Below are positions 1-10,059 of a stretch of 64,000 nucleotides of DNA, piece by piece (the stretch's first letter is position 1; each line of letters opens with the position of its first letter). A program made the translations under genes and the position numbers. The notes under the pieces were generated by a model that was not told the DNA's origin, did no database searches, and was given only the letters and a program-made list of their open reading frames with translations. Source of the DNA: Flectonema sp. DT1601 (Eukaryota); assembly GCA_964019425.1 (NCBI GenBank), contig OZ025793.1, forward strand, positions 1,178,001-1,242,000. Direction: 5' to 3'.

Positions 1-1
1 A

Positions 2-2263
2 CACATCACGTGTACTGCAGAATGTCAGCAACGAATATCAATATTTGATTCTCACAGTCAACAAAGACTTTTTGTAATTGAATCCGCCGATCGAATTCAC
101 TTGTGTTCCATTCAAAATGATAGCTGTCGTCAGTTGTTTGATATTTATCGTGTTCAGAAATTAATGTTATCTGAATGGGAGTGTAGAAATAATATTAAAA
201 TTGAAATGATTTGTCATACTGAATATATCTGTCGCTCATTACTCAACCACATTGAAAGACAACAAACATCTTTTATGATGACAATGGAAATCTACGAGAA
301 AGCAATTACTGTAATGTTTATAGAAGAACAAGACTATAGAAATATGGTTGAGAAGGAATGTGACTACACCCTTGAGTATATTAATAATATTCCAACGTAC
401 ATGAGCAATGTGGTGGCTTCACATACTCAATTAAAAAATGAAGAAGAGTGCGATCGTCTAACCATCATTCAAAGTGAAGAAATGTTTACAAAAGAAGCAG
501 GAAAATCATTACACCATGCTGCAGCTGAGTATGACAGGCAACAGAGGACGGATATTGAAGATTTGGAAATTAGCATAAGAGACGGTATTGATCATAGTTG
601 GAAATCAATAGCACAACAAGCATGGGCACAAACTGCCGTTGTCTGTAGTGGTAGTTTTATAAGATATTGCAGTCGTAGAAACTCTGTTATTGCTCCAGTG
701 CTTGACTCACATGAACAAGCAAAAAGAACTGAGCTACAGGTCGTTGCTGATCTATCACTCCGAATGTTGCATCAACAAGGACATCAAGACATGCGAAATG
801 CAAAGACTCAACAACACATAAGACGTCGAATTGAACTCATAAATCGAAAGAATTACATTGCTTACATCGGAAAGGTAGTTTTCGGTGGAGAAATTGAAAA
901 ACGAAATCAACTCCTGGAATGTGAGATGCAGTCTTTCTCTGTAATCCAATCAGAGAAAGAAGAGTTCATGGAGACGGCAAAGATATTATTACTGCCAGCA
1001 ATACGTTCCCTTGATGGGGTTCTAGACCCTTTTATAATGCTCTTACTCGGTAATGAGAACGTTGCTTACTATGATCATGAAGAAGTGTTTAGTAGAAGTA
1101 ATGTTTCTTTACTCCATCAAATTGAAAATATGTTTCTTTCTGAACCCTTCAGTAGATCTCTACTGGAACTTGAAGAGAATCAATTGTACTTCCAGTACCG
1201 TCTTCACACACAGACGAGAATGTTATCGACAGAAAGTGACACTGTCGCTTCAAAACTATACCTCGATGAGGAATACAGTTACTCGTTGATAGTAATAAAT
1301 TTCGAACAGGAACTTGAACGTTTTCCTATTGAGGAACAGTCAAGTTTCGCTTTGTATTGGCTTACTATACGAGCGACAGCTGTAATGACTATGCAGAAGT
1401 TCTTGCGACTCTACAGAGCAAATCGAAAGATTCGGTCAGTTAGGAGACTTGTTGAACGAAAGGTATTACTTTCTGAAATAAGTGAACAACTTGACTTCAA
1501 ACTATCCAACCTACCGAATTCCGAATCTGGTGGTAGAACAGCCTTAGAGATTGAGGAATGTGTTTCCTATTCAACACTGAGTGACAAACAGAAGTCTCAT
1601 TTCATGGCTGCCTTCCCTCCTATCGTATCAGAGTTAGAGTCAGCTATAAACACGACAGTAATTAATACTGTTACTCATAACAAGTCTTCCTGCTTCCCAG
1701 AGCTGTATAAACTCTTCCAATACGCTCCGATAGTCAAAGAAGTGAACACTTCAGAGCAACGTTGTAGGGCTCGACTGCACAGACACCGAAAGTTAGACTT
1801 TCGTGGAATCCTATTTGATAAAACAGATGGTTATGCGAGACTTCCTCCATTAGCAAAGCTACCAGTTGTGAAAGACCGTGATAGAAGGATAAAGTTTAAA
1901 GGTAATAAACCAATGGCTATTATTCATCGGAAGAAAATTATAAAAAAGAAATCCTACGAAGATCATTCAACAACAATAGCAACAGCAGTGAAGTCAGAGA
2001 GGACTCGAAGGCAGGATATTTACAAATCAGAGTTTCTGAATAGATCAGAGCTTTTGATTGAATGGAAAGTCTCACTAGTTTCTGTTTGTGTGGGTGGTTC
2101 GCTCCCTCCACTCCCTGCTGCGCATCTCCCACTTATTGTGTGCAAGAGAACATTTACTCCTCCTGCTCATCGCCATCCACTTATACGCTCATACTCTGTG
2201 AGTGGCGACAAGATAAAAATTAACCACGTTAGACTACCTGAAATTGTACCACTCAGACTTTAG
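2..2263 (+). CDS. IQ-motif, E/R-rich helical protein; 5' end lies outside the window
   Basis: The frame is open from base 2 to TAG at 2261-2263. It contains an IQ-like motif AVMTMQKFLRLYRANRKIR and recurring E-x-x-x-R-x-x-(I/L)-x-x-x-E helical units. No specific family recognised. Confidence 0.75.
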   Translation, partial: HITCTAECQQRISIFDSHSQQRLFVIESADRIHLCSIQNDSCRQLFDIYRVQKLMLSEWECRNNIKIEMICHTEYICRSLLNHIERQQTSFMMTMEIYEKAITVMFIEEQDYRNMVEKECDYTLEYINNIPTYMSNVVASHTQLKNEEECDRLTIIQSEEMFTKEAGKSLHHAAAEYDRQQRTDIEDLEISIRDGIDHSWKSIAQQAWAQTAVVCSGSFIRYCSRRNSVIAPVLDSHEQAKRTELQVVADLSLRMLHQQGHQDMRNAKTQQHIRRRIELINRKNYIAYIGKVVFGGEIEKRNQLLECEMQSFSVIQSEKEEFMETAKILLLPAIRSLDGVLDPFIMLLLGNENVAYYDHEEVFSRSNVSLLHQIENMFLSEPFSRSLLELEENQLYFQYRLHTQTRMLSTESDTVASKLYLDEEYSYSLIVINFEQELERFPIEEQSSFALYWLTIRATAVMTMQKFLRLYRANRKIRSVRRLVERKVLLSEISEQLDFKLSNLPNSESGGRTALEIEECVSYSTLSDKQKSHFMAAFPPIVSELESAINTTVINTVTHNKSSCFPELYKLFQYAPIVKEVNTSEQRCRARLHRHRKLDFRGILFDKTDGYARLPPLAKLPVVKDRDRRIKFKGNKPMAIIHRKKIIKKKSYEDHSTTIATAVKSERTRRQDIYKSEFLNRSELLIEWKVSLVSVCVGGSLPPLPAAHLPLIVCKRTFTPPAHRHPLIRSYSVSGDKIKINHVRLPEIVPLRL

Positions 2264-2623
2264 AATAAATATGTTCAACAAAAGGAGTCTCCGCAGTGGT
2301 TATAAAGTTATGTTTTTTGATTAGATCTGAAAAATCTTTTTGTTTTGTAAAAACATCATTTAAAACAATTCATCTCATCCATACTGTATTTGGTGCAGAC
2401 TTCGTTGCTTCGTCGACTGCTTTTCTTTCTTCATTTTGCCTGCTATTCTGAAATTATTCCTTTTCAGGAATTATTGTTTTCTATTAGGCCTACCATTTCA
2501 ATAGAGTAACCCAGTCTATCTAATATATCTTTTACAAGAATAGAATTAGTGGTAAGACAGGTCCTGTTGATGACTGAGTGTGAGTTTAATTACTTGTTTT
2601 ACTAACAGATTTTACCACAGAAA

Positions 2624-3472
2624 ATGGATATATTAGTTTCAGAAATATCTGCGACGCTAAACGATAGAGCAGCAAGCAGAGTTACTGAACAGCAATTGGA
2701 AGATGCCAGCACCCGTTATTTGTTGTCTGAATTTGTTTTGTCTCAGGCGGAACGAGCATCTGAAGCATCAGATATGACAACAGATTTAATAACATGCGAG
2801 GAGTTAAAGAGGAAATTAGATGAAAAGTGTGAAGGACACACAGCTCACCTTAGACTTATAGAAGAAGCAAGAACTGTTTTGGTTCAGAGATATAAAAAAG
2901 ACTACAACACTATAGCTTTGGAAGTAAGTGAGATAATTAGACCAGCTGTCGAGGAGTTATTGCCAGAGGCTTTACAAAAGTGTCATGGCTGTACGACTGA
3001 TGAGTCATTACTACCGGAGGTTAGGGAACTTTATGATCGTAAATTTGAATTACAAAATGAAACTCAGGATGCGAAATCTGAGTTAGAGATTCTCCAAAGT
3101 GAAATTAATAATCAAATAAAACAAAATGCAATCACAATGTGCAATGTACTCTCCCGGTATAGGATTCCAGCTGAAAGCATGGATAAGTCAGTTTCTGATT
3201 ATCTACTCGCGCTGGTTGAAGCGCTTCAGCGTAAGATTCATGTGTTGTCGGCAGACATTAATCTGACTGTTTATAACGAAAGAACAATACCTGCTTTAAG
3301 ACAAATTAGAGATACAATCTTAGACCTGACTAACTCAACTATTCTCGAGCAGAGGGCTCTAGAAGCTCTTACTGATCAATATAATGAAATAGACGAAGAT
3401 CCTGAGTACCACCTACTTGACGAACAGTATCGAAGACTTGAAAGAGTTAGAGCAAACTTAGAAAGTTCATAG
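2624..3472 (+). CDS. HAUS4: HAUS augmin-like complex subunit 4-like coiled-coil protein (282 aa)
   Basis: The C-terminal YLLALVEALQRKIHVLSADINLTVYNERTIPALRQIRDTI...QYNEIDEDPEYHLLDEQYRRL resembles the conserved HAUS4 C-terminus as I recall it (YL..KC..M..KL....L..TYT.E.V......IR..L...Y.....EF..L...Y..L). An ACAG acceptor lies just before the ATG. Confidence 0.65.
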   Translation: MDILVSEISATLNDRAASRVTEQQLEDASTRYLLSEFVLSQAERASEASDMTTDLITCEELKRKLDEKCEGHTAHLRLIEEARTVLVQRYKKDYNTIALEVSEIIRPAVEELLPEALQKCHGCTTDESLLPEVRELYDRKFELQNETQDAKSELEILQSEINNQIKQNAITMCNVLSRYRIPAESMDKSVSDYLLALVEALQRKIHVLSADINLTVYNERTIPALRQIRDTILDLTNSTILEQRALEALTDQYNEIDEDPEYHLLDEQYRRLERVRANLESS

Positions 3473-3727
3473 TCATCTGTATGCTATTTAAATAGAGTTC
3501 TTACCCTCTCTGGGTAAATTAGATTATTGGTCACTCTTTTTACCTGCAATGTGATTACTACTTTTCATAACAGCAGGTCACACAGCAATGCTTCGTTTAT
3601 GACATTCAAATTAATGCTCAAGTGAGGTGATGTAGAAAGTTAACAGTTTTCTGTTGTTTTCTTTTTTTTTTTTAATTAAATTAATTCTCATCACAGAATC
3701 TCCTCAATCAGGGTAGTGAGAACGAAG

Positions 3728-4969
3728 ATGTCATTTGCCGTGAATTGGCCGACTTTCAGTGAAGAAACTGAAACCCAACTTTGCTCAACTTTAAATGAGT
3801 TACTGAAAGAAGCAAAAATGGATGCTAATCTCATAAGAGGTCAGTTCGAAGTTAGGGGAGTCTCAATAGGAAGTATACCACCAACTGTAACCTTAATGGG
3901 TGTCAACACGACTAGCTTAGAAGAGTTGAGTGTTGAAGTTTGCCTTCAGTACGATGACCAACAGTGCGAAGGTTTTGCCATAACAATCGGAGGAGCAGAA
4001 ATTGCTCTGACTGGTGAGGCAGATGACCCGGCATTTGCACCGAGTAAGTTGTGGTATCCATTTGAAGTAACATTATATAATATTAAAATTATTGCAAAGG
4101 CTCAAATTGATGTGTCGTTACCCACACTGAGACAGATTGTAACACACAAGCCCCCTCCGGCATTTGCACTTCACGAACTGCAGTTAGGACGACTTCGTGC
4201 AGCTAGGACACCAGTTGTTGATGAGAGGAAAGTATCAACACCGAGTTCAAGTGGAAGGGGACCATATCATTACCAACAACATACTCTCACAAGTGTTGCT
4301 TTGAAGGAAGTTTCTCTTCCTTGTGATTCCATCGGTCCTCCGAGTACATCTACTCCACAAAAAGTGTTAAAAAATGCCGGTTTTGGTTTCGCCTACGCAT
4401 CAAGACGCGTCCACTACCCCAAGTGGCCTCGTACTTCAGATGCTAATCGACAAACCAATTATTGTGATACATCATCGACAGCAGGTACGGTGAGATCACG
4501 ATCTGATAATTGTAAGATAACACCATCACAACAATCATTATCTACTAATATTGGGAGGAGGGGAATGACAACTGTTCCTTCTCTCATCAGTTTAGAAACA
4601 TCAAATTCCGTTGGAAGTTACAATACCGTTGGTATGTTACAAAACTTAGAAAGAGGACAAGAGGAATCAAGTAGCATTCCTGAAGTCATGTCATCACCTC
4701 AAGTTGCTCCATCTTCACCTGACTATCCTTCAGAAACTTCTGTAACGATTCTCTTTTCAGGTACTCCTCGTGTTGATTTCTTTCTGCGTACTAACTTTCG
4801 TCAATTAAAAGGAGCTGATGAACAGACTAAATCTATTTTAATGTCTTTATTACGACCAAAACTTGAAGAACTACTTCGAGGTATTATTATAAAACTTCCT
4901 GAGAAGACTGTTGAACTTGGTACTGGAGGGAAACCGTCAAGAGCGAATATGTATTACCAGTCACCGTGA
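3728..4969 (+). CDS. ERMES-type SMP lipid-transfer protein, Mdm34/Mdm12-like, with a long low-complexity insertion
   Basis: N-terminus MSFAVNWPTF...LNELL...IRGQFEVRGVSIGSIPPTVTLMGV matches the Mdm34/Mdm12 start (M.F..NW...LN...I.V..L.LGS.PP.LEI). The SMP C-terminal strand-helix resumes at PRVDFFLRTNF...LRPKLEELLRGII. The ATG at 3728 is preferred over the GTG at 3716. Confidence 0.7.
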   Translation: MSFAVNWPTFSEETETQLCSTLNELLKEAKMDANLIRGQFEVRGVSIGSIPPTVTLMGVNTTSLEELSVEVCLQYDDQQCEGFAITIGGAEIALTGEADDPAFAPSKLWYPFEVTLYNIKIIAKAQIDVSLPTLRQIVTHKPPPAFALHELQLGRLRAARTPVVDERKVSTPSSSGRGPYHYQQHTLTSVALKEVSLPCDSIGPPSTSTPQKVLKNAGFGFAYASRRVHYPKWPRTSDANRQTNYCDTSSTAGTVRSRSDNCKITPSQQSLSTNIGRRGMTTVPSLISLETSNSVGSYNTVGMLQNLERGQEESSSIPEVMSSPQVAPSSPDYPSETSVTILFSGTPRVDFFLRTNFRQLKGADEQTKSILMSLLRPKLEELLRGIIIKLPEKTVELGTGGKPSRANMYYQSP

Positions 4970-5154
4970 TTTCGGCTGACCGTTTGTTTTTTTTTTGACC
5001 GCGGTCAGTATCTACGAGCGGCACTGTTATAACACTTACGGAAGTATAAAACTATTATCCAAAACAGCTATATCAAAATGAAAGCAATCAGTAAGGTTTC
5101 AAGGAAGTATTTTTTCTGTAGATTTTAATCATATTTATCTCAACCAGCACTATC

Positions 5155-8100
5155 ATGGCCTCGGTAGCGGCGAATACCGCCGATGGTGCTGAATTGGAAA
5201 GCAGTGACAAGGTAAAGCGCTGCAGAGAAGAAGAAGATAAAGGAAAAGAAGAGTCTAAGGAAGACGACAGCGGACTAAAAAGATCGAAGGAAGAAATTAC
5301 TAATTCAAAAACAGATGAGGAATATAAAAATATTGATCAAAGCAATTCTGGTGACGCAGATAAAACGTCAAGTCCACCTCAGGAAATAAGCAAAACAGAT
5401 TGTGAGAATAAAGATGTTGACACCTCTCCAACTACTAACAACAAGGATCAAAGTAGTAAACAACCCAGCACCTCAACAGCAAAGGAATCTACAGAAGACT
5501 GTAAGACCACAGATCCTTTACCTGATAGTCAAATAGTAAGTCAGCCTTCACCAAGTACGAAAGATCAAATTGTTATCAACGCTACTGAAACTACTTCAAC
5601 TTCAACTCAAGAAGTCTGTAAGCAACTCGACTCCTCTTCACCTCAAAAGATAGAAATCATTAAAAATACTTCACAGTCACAGTCACAGTCACAGTCACAG
5701 TCACAGTCACAGTCACAGTCACAGTCACAGTCACAGTCACAGTCACAGTCACAGTCACAGTCGCAGTCTCAACTTCACGAGACTCAAGAAGTAAAACGAG
5801 AGATTCAAAAAACAGAAAGTTCACAAACGCCAGAGAAAGACTCTGAAAAACAGCAACCATCTTCACAAAATGCAGAAGAAACTGTAAAGGAAAAAAGTAA
5901 AACACCCCCGAGCACACCCGAGAAGGAGATAAAGAGACCAAAACTCGACTGGTCTTGTGATAAAACTCATCCAGTGAAAGGAGAAGGACTCGCAACAGTT
6001 GAACGAATATTTATGGACATTTATAGAAATACCATCTTATCTCCTTCAGAAGTTGCGGTGTCTGATTCGTCTTCGATGTCGCAGTTTAAACAGAGACTTG
6101 CGACCTTTTCTTTAAACACTTGGTATTGGTGTGGACCACTATGGAATGAAGGTTGCTCTCCACTACTATGTGCTCAATATGGTTGGAGTGCTAACTCGTA
6201 TGAAGTATTGAAGTGTGAAACTTGTCAACAAAAGACGTTACCTCCGAAGGGTTTCGATCAGGTCTCTCTAGCGGATTGGAAAGATTCGCTTCAATCTTCT
6301 CATCTACAAACCTGTCCGTACTCTGTTGCGAAATGTCCAGATAGTGGCTATACCGCGTTTGATACTCACACTGTTTGTTTTGAAGTTATTCGACAGAGGT
6401 ATGGTCTAATGCTATCAGCGATTACCTCTAAGTCTCCTGACAATACCTTTAAGATTCAAGAAACAGCATTGACTAGTATAAAACCTCACATGTCTCAGTT
6501 AGAACTGCTTTGGGATCGCCTTAGCACTGCAGACGATGAAAAACGACCAGCATTTGACCCTCTGAGCATCGAAGGAAAAGCATTACTACTTGTCATATCT
6601 GGTTGGGCTGCCAGCACGTATACTCAAGAGGCAGCAATCTTTCCAGCAATAAAGAAAACTGGAGCTATAATCTATTGTGATAAATGCATGGCAACCTTCG
6701 GGGCTGTAGTACTAAAGACTGGTGGTGAGGAAGGGGGATTTCAACCCTTTCAAAATCACATGTTATATTGTCCATACATCAAACCTGTGAAATACAGATA
6801 TCCTTTACAGACGGTCTTTAGTCTACAGCTTGAGGGTTCACATCAGAAAACAGAAGTAGATATTCCAATGTATAAAGTTAAAAGATTAAAAGAGGAAGAC
6901 CCAATAGAGCCTCCACCTACTCACCGTCATAAACAAATAGGAAGCACTGAACTCAGAGGTTGGGAGTGGACTCTTGAAGCGTTAGCTGGTTGTCATATGC
7001 CAAGTAGTGACTTGTGTCATAAATCTAATGAAGCGATCATGAGATTCTCTGATGACATCACTCGTCCTATTTTAGAACGCCGTCGAAAATGCACCACCCT
7101 CACCAAGCAAGCTGCTGCTGCTTCGGTGTTACTGATATTTTGTATTGGTACTCCTGTTCCTGTCATACCAAAGGTTCATAAAATCGTTGGTGGTGCAACC
7201 AGAGCTGCAACAGGATGGGGACCTCAATCAACTAACACAAGTAAGATATCAATCAAACCTGTTGTTAAGAAAGCGGTTAAGTCCCAACCTCCTGCAGTAT
7301 CAGTAGTGAAGGTCCAACCTCCTGCAGTGAAGGCAGTTGTTCAGCCAAAGACTACTACACCAAAGGGAGTTGCACCTGTGAAGGGAACCTCAGCAGTTAT
7401 TAAAATCCCATCTCGGGGTACTCCAGTTAAAGCACTGCAACCAACTGTTGGTCGTGGTCGTGGTATTGGAAGAGGTATTGATGTGAAGACGCAGTCAAGA
7501 CCAGCTGCAAAACCATCTGCTCCTATCACAACCGGTCGTGGAGAGATAAAAACTTCTTTAAAGCCCGCAACTCTCGTTGTACTTGGAAAGACAGTCAAAG
7601 TCCCGCCAAAGACGATGATTAAAACTCTTCCACCTGCACCAAAAGCTCCTTCAAAGTCATCTCAGCCGATTACTAAATCGGTAACTCTAATAAAGTCTGT
7701 GACACCTGCCTCGTCAATAAAGGTCCCTCAGCAGGTTGCCCCAACTGCTACTAAAACTGCTGCTTCAGCAGTAAAGCAAACAACCCCCGCGACAGTTGTT
7801 TCGACTTCTGATAGTGCGGAACTAAAAACTTCAAAGGTACGTATTTATTTATTATTTTAAATAACATTCAACGTGAGTTAGAAGTGTCTAATAACTTACT
7901 AACAACAGGGTCCGATGCCAATACCTCCGAAGTCAAAGACTGATACACTCGCACAGTTCCGAGAGCAGATGAGAATGCTTTCTGAGAAAGAGAATTCTGG
8001 GAAGATGACTGAAGCAAAAGCAAAGGTTATAAACTCATGGGGAGCACCTGCTGCAACACCACCAGTGAAGAAACCAGCAGCCAAGGCACCAGCAACAATC

Positions 8101-8418
8101 ACTTTTAAGCGAACAACAGAGAATGAGCCTAAACCTGCAGCAGCTGTACCTAAAGTGGAAGATGCGAAAATGAGACAGGCGAAGTCATGGGCATCCTCGA
8201 CTGAAGTTGCTGGAGATAATCCTTTTGCGTCATTTGTGCAAGACAGTCAAGCACCAGTTAAAACTTTTAACAAGGGTGTTGCAGGCGCCTTCCAACCCAC
8301 GGCAATGGTATGCGTACCTCGTCTTATTGAATAATGTTATTACTTTAGAACTCTTTATTAAATTACAAACCAACAGGGACGTGCTCGTGGTCGAGGTACT
8401 CGCAGACGCGGCTGGTAG
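5155..8418 (+). CDS. ZC3HC1: NIPA/ZC3HC1/Rsm1-like C3HC zinc-finger protein, ~1040 aa; exons 5155-7836, 7909-8307, 8377-8418
   Basis: zf-C3HC module FKQRLATF...[10 protein letters not shown]...LKCETC...H...CPY, and second module ISGW...CDKC...[13 protein letters not shown]...GWEW. Introns 7837-7908 (GTACGT..TACTAACAACAG) and 8308-8376 (GTATGC..AACAG) restore the frame. The protein ends [13 protein letters not shown]. Confidence 0.8.
5671..5760 (+). repeat. Perfect (TCACAG)15 microsatellite encoding Ser-Gln repeats
   Basis: Directly visible. Two degenerate units follow (TCGCAG TCTCAA), giving (SQ)17. Confidence 0.98.
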
Positions 8419-8950
8419 TAACAACAGTAGCTGATCTGGTAACACATTAGCTGAAGCCCACCTAGCAAATTGATGGCATCGCTGTCCAATTACAGTATGA
8501 CCATTGTACCTCATTGCGTGCAGCATAGAATGCACACCTTATAGTCGAAGCGTTGTGAGTACAGCTTGCAAGTTTGAATGATGGCATTGCCACAGGAAAA
8601 CTTGAACGGGCAATAACAAAATGAGATGGAGAACAAAAAAAAAAAACAAAAAAAAAAAAAAAAAAAAAAAAGTCAGTAGCCTCCTTCTCACAAGTATTTT
8701 AGACAACAAAAAAAAAAAAAAAGAAATTTCCAGTTCTGGAACTCTCCCACCCAACTCTGTTTTTTCCTGCTCGTAGCAGCTTAGATCAAAACTGGAATTA
8801 TTATTACTGAACAGCTATTGTTAGAGCTACTCTCTACAGGTGATTGTTCCATTATGTGATTGTGAGGGGAAGTTACATATCATCAAACAGATAAGTCAAA
8901 TAAAACATCCATCACTATGATTTAATTACAGAATAAAAAAGAGAAATAAA

Positions 8951-9732
8951 ATGGCAATGCGTAAAGTACTTGTTTACGGTTCGAGAGGAGCCCTGGGTCA
9001 GAATGTTGTCACCACATTTAAAGGAGCGAAGTGGGATGTCCTCGGAGTTGATTTGAAGGATGAGAAGATAACACCAATTGGACAGACTTGGACGGAACAA
9101 TCAAACTCTGTTATGGAACAGGTGAAGGTTGAGTTAGGAGGTGAGAAGATTGATGCGATTATCAACGTCGCAGGAGGATGGGCTGGAGGTAATATTGCAG
9201 ACGAAGGAATAATCGATTCATCTGATTTGATGTGGAAACAATCTGTACACTCGAGTATCATATCCGGGAAGATTGCAGTCTCACACATGAACAACAATGG
9301 ATTACTTGTACTACCTGGAGCAGCAGCAGCTGCTGAAGGAGGTACTTCATTTATGATGGGATACGGAATGGCTAAGGCAGCCGTTCATCATCTTGTTAAG
9401 TCCCTTGCCCAGGCAGACTCTGGTCTTCCTGAAGGTGCTGTCACTGTTGGATTCCTTCCAGTCACAATTGACACACCAATGAACAGAGAAGCCATGCCTG
9501 ATAACCACGATGTTACTCCGTGTGATGAATTCTCAAGTATGTTTCCTTTCTATTCCTCTTTAGCGGAGCAGCAGTCGTTTGTTCTCTTGTTTTTGCGTTT
9601 AGTTATAAACAGTAAACAAATTACTTTAAAACAGAAAAATTCTTGGAGTGGACTGTTCAGCCTCCAGAAAACGGTGGACTGTATGTTTTCAAAAACGTTC
9701 TTAAGGAGACAACTATTTACCAGCAAAAGTAA
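8951..9732 (+). CDS. QDPR: Dihydropteridine reductase (227 aa); exons 8951-9536, 9635-9732
   Basis: Motifs VLVYGSRGALG, VAGGWAGG, MWKQSV, MMGYGMAKAAVHHL, SGLP and PVTIDTPMNR. Intron 9537-9634 (GTATGT..AAACAG) gives the typical tail KKFLEWTVQPPENGGLYVF. Confidence 0.95.
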
Positions 9733-10059
9733 AGTACGCTAACAGATGTCGTCAAAACGTAGTGTAGGCAGGTGTGTTCATCTAGCCTGACCTCAGTTAG
9801 GCAATAAAGACAACAACTATTCTAAAGTTGTCAGCTAGCATTGCTTGCATCAGAAACGGGTAGCCTGAACCTTTCTGATTTCGTGCAAAAAACGTTTTCT
9901 GTGGAAAGTTTTTTTCAAATCTTTGTACTAAATGTTATTTTCTACAGTGACATGTAGTCCAAGTGAAACAGGAACAAGGAAGTTGAAGACCACAACACAC
10001 ACATATTACAAGCTTTTGAATTCTTCACATCTTCCCTTCAGACCCAATTATCTCATAAC

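Noticed and set aside
4996..5007. 12-bp palindrome TGACCGCGGTCA after the SMP gene
   Set aside because: Single short occurrence that could arise by chance in 64 kb, with no supporting context.
5660..5995. Minus-strand ORF with a (TV)n repeat
   Set aside because: It is the antisense reading of the (TCACAG)15 microsatellite.
8560..8615. Possible SECIS element (ATGA...AAAA...GA with a flanking stem)
   Set aside because: Helix II geometry does not fit, and no upstream gene needs an in-frame TGA.
9537..9742. Apparent aberrant C-termini or frameshifts (QDPR, also NAA25, lipase, CPLANE1-like, STRA6-like)
   Set aside because: Each is fully explained by a canonical GT-AG intron that restores the frame. 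There is no need to invoke pseudogenes, recoding or a variant genetic code.
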